Of a DNA stretch of 64,000 nt, positions 25,224-38,975 are shown piece by piece. Both the position numbers and the translations under genes were made by a program. This DNA is from the human T2T-CHM13v2.0 reference genome, Homo sapiens. The notes under the pieces were generated by a model. It ran no database searches. It saw only the letters and a program-made list of their open reading frames with translations, and was not told where the DNA came from. The stretch lies in the NCBI RefSeq assembly GCF_009914755.1, contig NC_060928.1. One strand, 5' to 3'. Numbering within the stretch: position 1 is the first letter of the stretch; the number at the start of each line of letters is the position of its first letter.

Positions 25224-26559
25224 TTCGTGGAGAGCCGTGATTCTGCCTACCACAAGTAGGATGTACAAAGCATGGAAGGAGCTACAGCCAGAAACAATTG
25301 TACCATTGGGAATTTCTAGCAGAATAAATAGCAGTTATTAACTGATAAGTTAATAGATTAAGTAAACCTAAATAATTGCCTTCATTAGCAGCGAGGCTTT
25401 TGATGGTCCATGTATCACAGATAAACACAAATACATCTTTCTCATTTATTCCAATAACAAAAGTGTTTTTTGGTTTGTTTTGTTTTGTTTTTGAAAGTTT
25501 GGTATGAGAGAGAAAGAGATGAGCCGATTTGACCACTCCAGGCTAGAGTATATGTAGCTGAGAGTCTATGGCTGAGTGGAGGAAAAAAAAAAAAAATCAC
25601 AAGCCCTGTCCAGGTTAACAGAGAGAGAAAGCTGTTTCTGTTGAGATTTGATGGCCCCCATCATACCAAATTTGGGCTTCTAGCTAGCCTCAGTTATTCA
25701 GATAACTGACCTTCCTTCCTTCCTCCCTCTTGTAATAGTCTTTGTGTATTAGAAGTACCTTGAAATACTGGGTCAGAAAATGTGGCACAAAAGAGAAAAG
25801 CTTGCTCACTCCACATCTTGACCTGATCATTTCCTGAACATGATTGAGGTAGATGACTCTTTGCTCCTCTTTGGCTGACCTGCAGGAATAACACTGGGAA
25901 TAAGCAAATCTCCTTTGGACTCCAGAGGGTGGTGGTCAGGAAGTGGGCCATTGAGAACCTAGGTGGAAACGCAGGCCAGATTATTGGAGTAGTTTGCTTT
26001 ATAATGTTAAAATATTTATACATATGTTATGTGGGCCCTATTTCCACTCTTATCTTAGAGCCCACACATATTATGGAGGGTCTAGCAGTGCTTCTGGAGT
26101 TTTTGGTACTATACCTTTTTCAAGATAAAGTAAAAAAATTTATGGATAATTTAGTTGTTCCCTGTGTAGATTCCAGTGCCAAATTCCTTTCTTAGACACT
26201 GTTTCTAGTACAACATGTTAATATGTGACCCCTGCTTCACTTACGGATTTTTAGAGATCTATCCCAGGTTACTTAATTCAACTCCAATACATACTTTTCT
26301 TTTAAATGCAGTGAATAAAGGGTGAGTTACTTAGTCACTCCGGTTTTATTTAATCCTACTGTCATCTGACAATATGGTACTGATACTATTTCCTATTTCT
26401 AGATGGTTGCTAGAAATATACTGTAATATTTATTCTTGATATATGTTTGTTACTTTAACGGGAATACATAGGCTATAAATAGTCCCCTTGGCTCTCACAA
26501 GTTAGACAGTCCTACCCAGAATGCCCTGCTGAAGAGTTGTAGCAGATCACCCTGTTCCT

Positions 26560-26953
26560 CCTTAACCTCTCTGTGTCTCATATGCTCACCTGTAAAATAG
26601 TAATCATAGTAACACCTAACTTGTGATGATGTAGAGAGGATTAAAGAAGCGAATTAGGGGAGGCCAGGCATGGTGACTTATGCCTGTAATTCCAGCACTT
26701 TGGGAGGCGAATCACTTGAAGTCAGGAGTTCGAGACCAGCCAGGCCAACATGGTGAAACCCACTTCTACTAAAACAAACAAACAAACAAACAAAAAACAC
26801 AAAAATTAACGGGGCATTGTGGCAGTTGCTTCTAATCCCAGCTACTTGGTTGGCTGAGGCAGGAGAATCCATTGGACCCAGGAGGCAGAGGTTGCAGGGA
26901 GCCAAGATCACACCACTGCACTGCAGCCTGGGTAACAGAGCAAGGTTTTGTCT

Positions 26954-26985
<32 letters not shown>

Positions 26986-27030
26986 CCAATTAGGGTGGAA
27001 ACACTTAGAAAAGGGTGTTCATAGGTTGTC
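26560..27030 (+). mobile_element. MIR interrupted by an Alu
   Basis: 'ttaacctctctgtgtctca...ctgtaaaatagtaatcatagtaacacctaac...gaggattaaa' resumes after the Alu with 'gaaacacttagaa'. Confidence 0.65.
26662..26984 (+). mobile_element. AluS (Sx/Sz-like) with (AAAC)n expansion in the central linker and a ~30-nt A tail
   Basis: Full dimer with a short left-arm deletion; TSD aagcgaattaggg / aagccaattaggg. Confidence 0.92.
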
Positions 27031-27836
27031 ACCATCTTGAAGCAATTGTTGGACACTATTTTAAAAATGTTTTACTTCTAAGTGAAATGTTGCATTTTAT
27101 TTTACTAGAAGATTCTTATGTAGTTTAAGTACATTTTACAGTATTGTCAAAGAGCATGAGCAAAATATTTAGGAAAGATGAGACCATATTTCTATTATTA
27201 GTGACATTGCCACAAAAAAATCAGGTAGATGAATTTGTATTAAGTTTTTGTACCAATTTCATATCTAAAATTTCAAAGAATTTTATTGCAACAAACTCTT
27301 TCTTATCATTAACTCAAAAAAATTCTGTTTTAAATTGACTTCATTCCATAAGTCTCTACACTACTAATTTGGCCAGAAGTTATTTTCAATTCTAATTGGG
27401 AACAACAAAGATCCACATGATATCCTTTCAATTTATGATGTTGAAGAAAGTTGAACTGTAATAATTTGAGTGTACAGTCAAAGCAATTTTCAATACTATG
27501 TATCACTGTAGAAACAAGGGAGAATGTCTTGGTTAACTATTTAAGTGGCTTGAGTATGGCAATTAAAATTTCATCTAAGCTCATTTTGATGAATCTTGTA
27601 AGGTGACATTTATTTCTTATGCTCTGAACATCATAAGTTCTGTTGATTTTTATGGGAAGTTTTCAAGGTCATTTTCAGAGATCTATGACAAAATGACATT
27701 ATTTGAGAAAAAAAAGAAGAAATAACTCGAAGTTTAAAGCATTATGGTATTCTCTAAGTCCAAAATTTTCTCCCTTTACAAAAACAAATGAAATGCAAAA
27801 TAGACAAACAAACAAACCATCAAAAATACCTTGAAT

Positions 27837-28450
27837 GGTGGGAATGAAAATTAGTTCGACCATTGTGGAAGACAGTGTGGAGATTCCTTATGGATCTAGA
27901 ATCAGAAATCCCATGACCCAGTAGTCACATTACTTGGTATATACCCAAAGGAATATAAATCATTCTATTATGAAGACACATGCACACATATGTTTATTGC
28001 AGCACTATTTATTATAGCAAAGACGTGGAACCAACCCAAATGCCCATCAGTGATAGACTAGATAAAGAAAATGTGGTATATATACACCATGGAATACTAT
28101 GCAGCCATATAAAGAACTAGATCATATCCTTTGTAGGAACATGGAAACCACCATCCTCATCAAACTAACACAGGAACAGAAAACCTAACACCGCATGTTC
28201 TCACTCATAAGTGAGAGTTGAACAACGAGAACACATTGACACAGGGAGGGGAACAACACACAGTGGGGCCTCTTGGGGCATGGAGGGAAAGGGGAGGGAG
28301 AGCATTAGGACTGATACCTAATGCATGCGGCTTAAAACCTGGATGATGGTTTGATAGGTGGCACATGTATACCTATGTAACAAACCTGCAAATTCTGCAT
28401 ATGTATCCCAGAAATTAAAGTAAAATAAAATAATAAAAACAACAACAAAA
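27837..28450 (+). mobile_element. 5'-truncated L1PA (L1PA8-like) 3' end
   Basis: ORF2 C-terminus plus 3' UTR ('gcatgttctcactcataagtgagagttgaacaacgagaacac'), A-rich tail, TSD TACCTTGAAT (27827-27836, 28453-28462). Confidence 0.92.
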
Positions 28451-29465
28451 TGTACCTTGAATCTCCAAAATAAGTTAAGACAAATGGTTAAAATTGAGCA
28501 TGCTTTTATTAGAAGAAAATGTCATTGAAAATATAATAGATAATTTATAGATGGGAACATACGTAAAAACGTATAAGTACTTAGATCTGCTAGATCAAGT
28601 GAGTCCCAAATGATAAGGTTACAAAAATAATTTTTTTTGTAGAATATGTGTTTTCAATGAGAAAATGTTGCAAAAGTCAATCATACAGATTGGTAACTTT
28701 TATGTTTATTTTTCAAAAGCAGCTCAAAATAGTTCTTTAGATTCTGTAACACCGCAGTGTCCTAATTTAGCTCCTAAAATTTTGTAACAAAATTTTAAAT
28801 TCACTTGCAAATTGATCTTCATTTAATCTTCCTCTAGGTGTGTAAGCTAAATCAGAGATCTGCATGAACTGCCTATTACTCTTTCATGCTATACATTCTC
28901 CCTAGGTAATTTTGATCACTGCCATCTTTTCCATCATCATTTCTACTTGAAGACTAACTAATATAGGTAAAACAAATTTCAACTTCTAGACCTATATGCT
29001 TTCCAGATATCTCAAATAAAAGATAAAATTTGGGGAGATATACCATGTTCATGATTTTGAAATAGTCAAGACTGTGTGATATTGTCCTCAAGAAAGACTA
29101 AATAGATCAACAGAACAGAATAGAAAATACAAAAACAGATTTACACATATAGTTAATTTTTTTTTAAGTAGCAAGTCAATTCATTAGGGAAAGTATGAGC
29201 TTTGAAGAAATGGAATAGTTTTCAAAGCAAGAAATGTAAAACAGTTGGGTATTTATAAGCAATAGAAAAACAAATTTGATTCATAGCTTGCAAAATATAT
29301 AAACATTAATAAAAAGCCAACCTGAATGTATTGAAATCCTAGATATAAACATAAGATAAATCTTTGTGACCTTAGTTGAAACAAATAAGTGCTGTATATG
29401 ACATTAAACATTTAATTTGTAAAATAAAATGTTAACTTGAACTTCTTCAAAAGTGAAAATTTTTA

Positions 29466-31505
29466 CTCTTTTTTAAAAATTATTATATTTTAAGTTCTGG
29501 GAAACATGTGCAGAATGTGTAGGTTTGTTACATAGGTATACACATGCCATGGTGGTTTGCTGCACCCTTCAACCCATCATCTACTTTAGGTATTTCTCCT
29601 AATGCTATCCCTCCCCAAGCCCCCCACCCCCTGACAGGCCCCAGTGTGTGATGTTCCCCTCCCTGTGTCCATGTGTTCTCATTGTTCAGCTCCCAATTAT
29701 GAGTGAGAACATGTGGTGTTTGGTTTTCTGTTCCTGTGTTAGTTTGCTGAGAATGATGGTTTCCAGCTTTATCCATGTCCCTGCAAAGGACATGAACTCA
29801 TCCTTTTTTATGGCTGCATAGTGTTCCATGGTGTATATGTGCCACATTTTCTTTATCCAGTCTATGACTGATGGGCATTTGTGTTGGTTCCAAGTCTTTG
29901 CTATTGTGAACAGTGCTGCAATAAGCCTACGCGTGCATGTGTCTTTATAGTAGAATAATTCATAATCCTTTTTCTATTTAGTAATGGGATTGCTGGGTCA
30001 AACGGTATTTCTAGTTCTAGATCCTTGAAGAATCACCACACTGTCTTCCACAATGGTTGAACTAATTTACACTTTCATCAACAGTGTAAAAGTGTTCCTA
30101 TTTCTCCATATCCTCTCCAGCATCTGTTGTTTTCTGACTTTTTAATGATCACCATTCTAACTGGAGTGAGATGGTATCTCATTGTGGTTTTGATTTGAAT
30201 TTCCCTAATGACGAATGATGATCTTTTTTTCACATGTTTTTTGGCCGCATAAATGTCTTCTTCTGAGGAGTGTCTGTTCATATCCTTTGACCACTTTTCG
30301 ATGGGGTCGTTTGTATTTTTTCTTGCAAATTTGTTTAAGTTATTTGTAGATTCTGGATATTAGCCCTTTTGTCAGATGGATAGATTGCAAAAATTTTCTC
30401 CCATTCTGTAGGTTGCCTGTTCACTCTGATGATAGTTTATTTTGCTGTGCAGAAGCTCTTTAGTTTAATTAGATCCCATTCATCAATTTTGGCTTTTGTT
30501 GCCAATGCATTTGGTGTTGTAGTCATGAAGTTTTTGTCCATGCCTATGTCCTGAATGGTATTGCCTAGGTTTTCTGCTAAGGTTTTTATAGTTTTAGGTC
30601 TTATGTTTAAGTCTTTAATCCATCTTGAGTGAATTTTTGTGTAAGATGTAAGGAAGGGGTCCAGTTTCAGTTTTCCACTGGCCAGTTCTCCCAATACCAT
30701 TTATTAAATAGGGAATCCTTTCCCCATTGCTTGTTTTTGTCAAGTTTGTCAAAGATCAGATGGCTGTAGATGTGTGGCATTATTTCTTAGGCCTCTGTTC
30801 TGTTCTGTTGGTCTACATATCTGTTTTGGTACCAGTACCATGCTGTTTTGGTTACTGTAGCCTTGCAGTATATTTTGAAGTCAGGTCGCATGATACCTCC
30901 AGCTTTGTTCTTTTTGCTTAGGATTGTCTTGGCTATACAACCTCTTTTTTGGTTTCATATGAAATTTAAAGTACGTTTTTCTAATTCTGTGAAGAAAGTC
31001 AATGGTAGCTTGATGGGGATAGCATTGAATTTATAAATTACTTCAGCAGTATGGACATTTTCATATTGATTCTTCCTATCCATGAGCATGGAATAGTTTG
31101 CCATTTGTTTGTGTCCTCTCCTATTTCCTTGATCAGTGGTTTGTAGTTCTCCTTGAGGAGATCCTTCACATCCCTTGTAAGTTGTTTTCCTAGGTATTTT
31201 ATTCTCTTTGTAGCAATTGTGAATGGGAGTTCACTTATGATTTGGCTCTCTGTTTGTCTGTTATTGTTGTATAGGAATGCTTGTTATTTTTGCATATTGA
31301 TTTTGAATCCTGAGATTTTGCTGAAGTTGCTTATCAGCTTAAGGAGATTTTGGGCTGAGACGATGGGGTTTTCTAAATATACAATCTTGTCATCTGCAAA
31401 CAGAGACAATTTGACTTCCTCTCTTCCTGTTTGAATACCCTTTATTGCTTTCTCTTGCCTGATTGCCTTGGCCAGAACTTTCAATACTATGCTTAATAGG
31501 AATGG
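29466..31505 (-). mobile_element. 5'-truncated L1PA (L1PA7-like), about 2 kb, ORF2 disrupted
   Basis: ORF2 fragments ([43 protein letters not shown]) plus L1PA 3' UTR. Confidence 0.95.
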
Positions 31506-31573
31506 AAAATGGCATTTAAAAATATTTTTTTAAAAAGCTATGAACTGAGAAAACATTTGAATAGCATATATCT

Positions 31574-32196
31574 TATTGGCCAAGAAAGGTTTATCTCATC
31601 AGGACTAATGTTTATCTTTAGAACTGGCACTTGGCTGGCTTTTGGAAGATAACCTGTGGGCCCTTAATATATTCTACCTGATGACAGTGTTTCCATACAT
31701 CTTTGGCTTTAGAGTACAGTGCACAAGTGGTTTTCAGCGTCTGAGGCCTTGGACCATGCTGTGCTCATTTGAACAGATAAGTTTATCCTAACAATATAAT
31801 TTAGAGTGAATGGCTATATTTGCTCTGACAGATGCTGTAGTCTGAGTAGCTGAAATCACTCATATAGGCACCACCTTACATGACTGATGCCCAGTAAAAG
31901 CCCTGGAGACCAAAACTTAAATGAGCTTCTCTGATTGACAACACTTCAATATGCTGTCAAATATTGTTGCTGGGAGAATTACGTGTGTTCTTGTGGGATT
32001 CCGCTGGGAGAGGACACCTGAAAGCTTGTACCTGATATCTACATTTCTCCCCATGGGCTTTTTTTCTTTGTTGATTTTAATCTGTATCTTTTCATTGTAG
32101 TAAACTGTAACTATGAATGTAACATGTTTTCTAAGACCTGTGAATCATTGTAGTTAATCTTTGAGCCTAAGGGTGGTCATAAGGAGCCCCAACACA
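31574..32196 (+). mobile_element. MER77/MER21-group ERVL solo LTR
   Basis: 'ctgaggccttggaccatgctgtg', 'gttgctgggagaatt...gggagaggacacctgaaagcttg', ending 'agggtggtcataaggagccccaacaca'. Confidence 0.72.
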
Positions 32197-33949
32197 CTAA
32201 TAAATTACTTTCATAAAGAATATATAAAAGCTGTCAAAAATCAAAAATAAAACAAATCACCCAATTTTTAAAAGGCAAAAGATTGAAAAAGACACCATGA
32301 AAGAAGACATGGATGACAAATAAGTATATCAAAAGATTTTAACATCTGTAGTCATTAAAGAATTGAAAACCACAAAGAAATACTATTGATAGTTATTACA
32401 ATGTCCAAAGTGAAAAAAAAGTATTGACCCTACCAGGTATAGGCAACAAAATGGAGGAACTGAAACTTTAATATACTTTTGATTGACAACCACTTTGTAA
32501 AATAGATTGACAGCTTCTTAAAAAAGTAAACCTACACTTACCACTTAATCTAGTCATTTATCTTCTAGATATTTCCCCCTCGAAAAATGAAAAAGAAATT
32601 GTTGTATATAAATGTTCATAGGCATTTTCTCTTTAATAGCTAAAACGTGGTCATGACCCAAATATTCATTAACAAGTAATTGGTGATATATACATACAGC
32701 AAAATTCTGCTCAGCAATAAAAATGTTCGACTACTGACACATGCAACAACATGAATGAATTTCAAAAGAATTTTGCTGTAAAGCAAAAATGCCAGCCAAA
32801 AAATAGTGCACCTTATATGATTCCATTTATATAAAACTTCTGAATGCACCAATATACAATATACAGTAACATACAATACTGAAAGATGGTCAGCAGTTGT
32901 CTAGCTAATATGCTTATTAGGAGAGACAATAATTGCAAGAGGGGATTATTAAAAGTAGTCATGAGGAAACATTCTGTGGATTTATATGTTCACTATCTTG
33001 ACAATAATGGTGATCTCATGTATGTATAACTATGTCAGAGCATATCTAATAATTTATCTTACATATTTTTGGCTTTTAATATATTAATTATAGCTCAATA
33101 AATTTCTTAAAAACTCATTGGACTCTATCTGTAATGTGTGTATGTTTAGTTTTAAGTAAAGTGCAGCTAAATTTTTCTCCACCATTACAATTTTCAAACA
33201 TACTTTCACTTACAGAACAGCATACTGAAAATTAACACATGCTTTTATAATTATAAATAAAATAGTAATATATCATTTCTGCTGAAATAAATGCAAACCA
33301 ATTACAAGGAATTTATTTGTTTTGATTTTAGTTACTTCATATGTATTAGCATCTAAGCCTCAAAGATTCACTATGTAATTGTGTAAATTAGTAGTAGGGT
33401 TACCTGAATCTGGCTTAATAATCAATTAATCAGTATTTATCTTTAAACATTTTTTCCTTTATGAATTGCGTCACACTTTTAAAGAGCCCTTCCTACAAGC
33501 ATATATAAAATATATTCTTATACTATTTTAGAATAATTTCAGAAGTTAGATTGTTTTCTAGTTTTTAGTGTTTTCATTGATACCAAATTTATTTTTATGT
33601 ACATAAATGTATGATTTTAAGTCAGATTATTTCAAACTGGTATCCCTGCAATTATCTGAACAGAATTTTTAAGTAGTCACATTGACTTTTTTTTTTTTAA
33701 AGTTAGTTTTAAGCTATTTGATAACATATGGATCTACTTCACTAAAGTTATATTTTTGTGTGTAATTCTTTAATCCATCTGGAGATATTTTGGTTGTTTT
33801 TCAATCAGATAGCCAGTTAAACCAGAAAGAAAAATCTTACCAAAAAGTTTCCACTTAGAAAATTTAATAGCCAAAAAAACTAATATATGCAAGAATGAGC
33901 AAAAACATATTGATAAAAGATACATCATATTTTTATTGAAATATTTCAT

Positions 33950-35130
33950 AATGAAATGTTTCACATGGTTAAAGAACTACAAATTCATTCAATGTAAATA
34001 AAAACTTCATGGGAAATGTATAATATATGAGGGATTATTTGATATCTGAAAAAATTAGATAGAAAATAAAGCTTAAAAACTTCTAGAAGGTAATCCAGTA
34101 GAATATTTATCAGCTTAGGCTAACAAATGATATAAACATGATTAAAGAACAGCTAAACTTAAATAAAAATATTAAGTTGGTGACAAAGTGTAAAACACCA
34201 TTCTTGAAAATATGCAATTACAAATAGGAAAGTGCTAATAGGAGAAAAAATAAGATGTTTATAATGCAAAAAGTATTAACATTCAAAACTGTTGATAATA
34301 TAAAGAAAGATACTAAAAGGAAAAGTATTCCAGTAGTAGAGTAGCCTAAATATAAGGCAATTTGAAGAAAGAAAAGAGGAATCATGAATAGGTTTATCAA
34401 TCCTGATTCCATCTCACCAGTGATTAGACTGGCAAATAAGAAAATGTGTGATAATACCAAGGGTAATAAAGATATATTTCATTTACATTTACAGTGCTGG
34501 TAAACATACACTGTACAACCACTTTGGAGAAAACTTGGAAGTACCTAAAATGTGAAAACGTACAGTTGCTCTTGATCCAGCAAGGGTACCTCTGAGTATA
34601 TATTGTGGAAAAATTCTCACACATGCATACACAGTGAAACATGTAAGAGTGCTTATAGCAGCATTGTTGGGATTTTTTTTAAACCCTAGATTTGACCTAT
34701 ATATCTATCAGTAGAGAATCAAAATATAATTCAAGCTATTGTTATACAGTGGGATATAGTACATCACTGATAATTAATGCAAATTAATATTATGAACCAC
34801 TCAAGTTTGAATCAAATATTAGGTAATGGTATAATGAAATTATAAAACTATTTAGAGTTAAAAACAGGCAAAAATATCACATTTATTTTAGAATTCATAA
34901 TTGAACAGTAGAAGAAAGTAAAAATGCATAGGAATCATAAACATGAAACACAGGAAAAATAAATGAAACATAGGCAGGTGATTGCCTGCAGAGCAAGAAG
35001 GCAGAGTTTATTAAGGAGGGCAGTATGAGAACTATTTAAGATATTTTAGGATAAGAAGCGGTTTTGTGAACTTGAATTCATTAAATAACACTTTCTATTT
35101 TGTTTTGTTAGTTATCATTTAACATTTTTT
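33950..35130 (+). mobile_element. Highly diverged L1ME fragments
   Basis: 'gtacaaccactttggagaaaacttgg', 'gatccagcaagggtacctctgagtatata', 'gcttatagcagcattgtt'. Confidence 0.5.
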
Positions 35131-35319
35131 AAAAAATATAAAGAATTCTCATAAGTATTTTTAAACTAGAAGACAAGTGGAATGAAACATCTAAATGTCA
35201 AATTCTGGTGTGTACTTCCTATTAATTTCTAAACAGGGACACCTGGCAAGCAGAAATAACTCTGAGGACATGTGGGATTTTGAATTTTTGGACACCTCTG
35301 TAAAGTTATTTGGCAAGCA

Positions 35320-35515
35320 ATAATAATAGCTACCACTTATTTATCAAGTGTTTACTAATGTACTAAGCATTGCCATATATGGTTTATTACTTCTATCCCA
35401 TTTAGTATTCAAATCAACATGATGTCTATTTTTGCTCTGTTTTAAAAATAAAGAAGCTAACATGTCCAAGCCACATATTTAGTAAGTATTGGAACTACAT
35501 CAAAACAAGATAGAA
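35320..35515 (-). mobile_element. MIR
   Basis: 'aataatagctaccacttatttatcaagtgtttactaatgtactaagcattg...gtccaagccacatatttagtaagt'. Confidence 0.6.
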
Positions 35516-35634
35516 ACATTTCAATGGTTTATCCTACTGTCTACTTCCTAGAGGAAAATTATAAATTTACAATAACTGATCCAAATACATTTCCAGAGTT
35601 ATTTTAGCTTTCACAGTGTTGGCCAGCACAATGT

Positions 35635-35668
35635 GTTTTTTGTTTGTTTGTTTGTTTGTTTGCTTGCT
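35635..35668. repeat. (GTTT)n microsatellite
   Basis: Direct observation. Confidence 0.85.
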
Positions 35669-37022
35669 TCCTTGGTTTTTAATTGAGAACATTCCCATAG
35701 TTGACTATTTCAATATTTAATTCTCCAATCTTGTATTTTTGGTTTATCTTGATAAACATCAAATAAGGTGGAGGCAGTTTACACTGAATAGACTTAAGAA
35801 GCGGACCTTTACAAGCAAAGTTCAGATGCTTCATTTTACCACAATTTCTCCACTGCTCAGTTTTATTAGACCTAGTCCATATCACGCATTTGGGTTACTT
35901 GCCTGGCTCATCTACGACAGAAAATAAGGAAAGGAGAAAGGAAGCAAAAGAGAATAAAGAACCTAAATAAGTGCTATTCATCTACTCAGAGCTGTTTCAA
36001 AAAATTAAGTAAATGTTTTCTTCAGTATTCTCAGTCAAATCTTGCTTCATAATTATAAATACCCTGAAGGAGTCATACCAATGTGTTCTCTGTAAATGCC
36101 ATGAACAATACTTTCTTTTTGTATAAGGTCTTTCATGACTATTGTATTAATAGCACATTTAATAATATTTCAATAGGTCAAAATTATGTCATATATTTTC
36201 TTACAAATTTTTGTCATTTTTTAGAATTAATACTACAGCCCAGAAAATAAATATTATTATGAAAGCTTGTTTGTAAAAAATTTCGGTAATTTTATATCTT
36301 TTTGGTAAGATTAGTGGCTTCTATTGTATATATTTACAATGGATATCAATATTGATATTGAGTTATCCAATCTAATATTCTTAATAGCTCTGGCTTGAAC
36401 TATGAATGGTAGATGACTATGTTCTGTATGTATACCAATATGAGTATTTTTTTATGTTAAAGATTTTACTAGAATCCTTAAATAAACCATAATCATCTAA
36501 TATGATTTTCTGCTGGAATTTATATAATTTATTATCATAAAATATATTGAATTGCTCAGATAAAAATTTTAACTTCTATAAATCTTAATATATAAAAATA
36601 TAGTCTTCTTCAACAAATTGACATTCCAAATTGGTTTAGAATATCCTTAAATAATTATAGTTTTATTTTCACATAAGCTAATTTTGCAAATTGTTATCTT
36701 TTTTTAACTTAACTTTTGTGTTTTGTTTTTTATTTGTTTTTATGTCTTCCCCAAATGTCCTCTTTTTTATGCAAATGTAGAGAAGGCAGACACCTAGAAT
36801 TCCATCCTAGAATTAAGACGTGACAATAAACTTTGATTTTGTAAATGCATTGTATGCTGACCTAATAGAAGATGAAAAGTGGAAAAATTTGCACAGTGAG
36901 TTCAAGAACTCTGAGGAAAAGTATTCAAACAGTCTAGTTAAGAAAACCCTATTTTAAGTGGAAATTTCATACCAAACAAGGCTGCACAGCCTGGAAAAGC
37001 TCTGCACTTAAATTAACTTCAG

Positions 37023-37090
37023 CCGGTGATGTGCTGAGGCTCTTGACTCAAGTACAGGCACACGGGCTGGCTATGATTTGGAGAAACATG
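37023..37090 (+). other. Candidate exon (non-coding)
   Basis: Consensus donor ATG|GTAAGT at 37090/37091; possible acceptors ttaacttcag| (37022) or atgtag| (36780). Confidence 0.3.
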
Positions 37091-38917
37091 GTAAGTCATA
37101 TGAATGTTAGTTGATAACTAATTTTATTGTTCATGTGCGGAGGACATAGGGTCAAATCTGCCCCAAGAAGACCTCGAGAAAATGTATGTGGGTCTGGATA
37201 CAGACCTGATGTGACAAAAGAAGCAATAACGGGGAAAGACTGATTCTCTCTGCTTATCATTTAGAACAATCAAAATAACTTTGAAATGAAAAAAACTCTA
37301 GGGGTTTTGAAATTATTAAACTGGCATGTACATATTAAAAGGGAGCCAATAAGGAATTTACTACTAATAGGGCATGGGGGAAAGCAGACCCAAAGTTCTA
37401 ATTAATGTTTTAAAATGATAGTATCCATTTGCCGGTTTTAAGATGAGTCCATACTGCTAAAAATTGCTCTATGTTTCTTATCAAATTTATCTATATCAGC
37501 ATTTATTTTACTTCTAAATTTAATTACAATTTTTAAATTCCATTATACAAGTTATCTCACATTTAACTATTTGTTACCTTTTTTTCTCATCTTACAATAT
37601 TACTTCTCTACCTGTCAAACTATATACAGTCCAGTTCTTATTCCAATTATGGCTATAATTGTTGTACAATTAATCAATTAACAAAGTATAGCAAAAAATC
37701 AAAAGAACTTTAAAAAATTATGTATAATTGTGATCAATATGATGTTTTTAAGTATGTTCAACTATTTATACTATTTTCCTTCTCAAAGAATCATCAGAAT
37801 GCTGAACACATAAAATAAACATTGAATAAATTAAAAATAATTTTTCATTTTAAACAATCTAAAGTAATTTAAGTATAGTTCCTATTTAGACTTAACCATA
37901 ACACTTTGAAAAACTTGAAAGAATTCACTGATTTTTTATAAAATTTAAAATTAATACATATTACACAATTTGTAATATGTATTTTTACTTTGAACATGAG
38001 GGCATTTTAAATTGAGCTTCTTTGAAATATAATTCACATATAAAAATTTCAGAAAATTTTAAGGACCTTTTTCATTTCTTTTTACTTACGCTTTGATTAG
38101 GATTTCAGTCTGCATACGAATTTGTCATGATTTTAGATGATACTCATTCAGAAAACGATTTTAATAGATCATTACCTTTCCTTATCTCTCAATGTCATTA
38201 GATATATATGTTTTAATCTTAATTTCTAGGACAAATATACATATCTTTTTCTGATTATGTGCCTCTAAGTTTGATAAAAAGTTCTTGATGCAACCAGTGG
38301 ACTCAACACTTCTCCTTACTTTGCATTTATAATACTAGGCTTACAGCAGTTTTTTTCTCCAAATTAAAGTATAAATATTTAATTTTTACTTTTAATTTTT
38401 AAACGTTACTCAATATTATGTTTATAAAATGACTTCTGGAAAAACATGTATATTTTCTATCATTTATTATGTCATAATTGAGAGAAGCAAGAACCCAAAT
38501 TCATTTAATTATAACACATAAAACTGAATAAATATAGATGACAGATATGTGTTCTTTGTTTTTACATATCTGTTGTAAACCATATTACTCAGATTATCTC
38601 ACTTCTTTCAAGTTTTCTAATAAAAGCAATTACCATACCTATGTGGAATATATTTTAATAGTAGTTCATTTTAATAAAAGTTATATATTTTTAGGAGGTC
38701 AAAATAGCAATTTCAATTTATGAAATGTTGACTTTTTAATCTTATTGACATATTTTCTGGAGGCACATTGTAGAACTATTTGAATAGCAACAGAAATTTC
38801 CAGTGGAGAGAAAGTCAGATACGAAACTTCCGTGAGAAAACTGTATTTATCAGTGACTGAAAATCCTTGGATTAGGACCAAACTCCCACCTACTTGTTCT
38901 TGTAGATACTCTGTCTA

Positions 38918-38975
38918 AATACAGATATAGATAGATACAGATACAGATATAGACATAGACATAGATACAAGTACA
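38918..38975. repeat. Degenerate (ATACAG/ATATAG)n hexamer repeat
   Basis: 'atacagatatagatagatacagatacagatatagacatagacatagatac'. Confidence 0.85.

Larger units (their letters stand above)
24150..25254 (-). mobile_element. MLT1D-like LTR split by an L1MA fragment and a THE1 LTR
   Basis: Pieces 24150-24393, 24636-24870 and 25224-25254; 'ggataatccagaataac', 'catattcacaaattctggggactagaatgtggaca', ending 'ttctgcctaccaca'. Confidence 0.8.
29010..33110 (+). mobile_element. Old L1M (L1ME/MD-like), interrupted by L1PA and an LTR
   Basis: ORF2-derived 'gatataccatgttcatg', 'gatcaacagaacagaatagaaa'; 3' UTR 'atatgattccatttatataaaacttc'. Pieces 29010-29465, 31506-31573 and 32197-33110. Confidence 0.65.

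Noticed and set aside
27050-27720. Possible decayed transposase or LINE coding remnant
   Set aside because: No recognisable peptide motif recovered by eye.
29528-31484. L1 ORF2 fragments as an active element
   Set aside because: 5'-truncated with many stops and indels.
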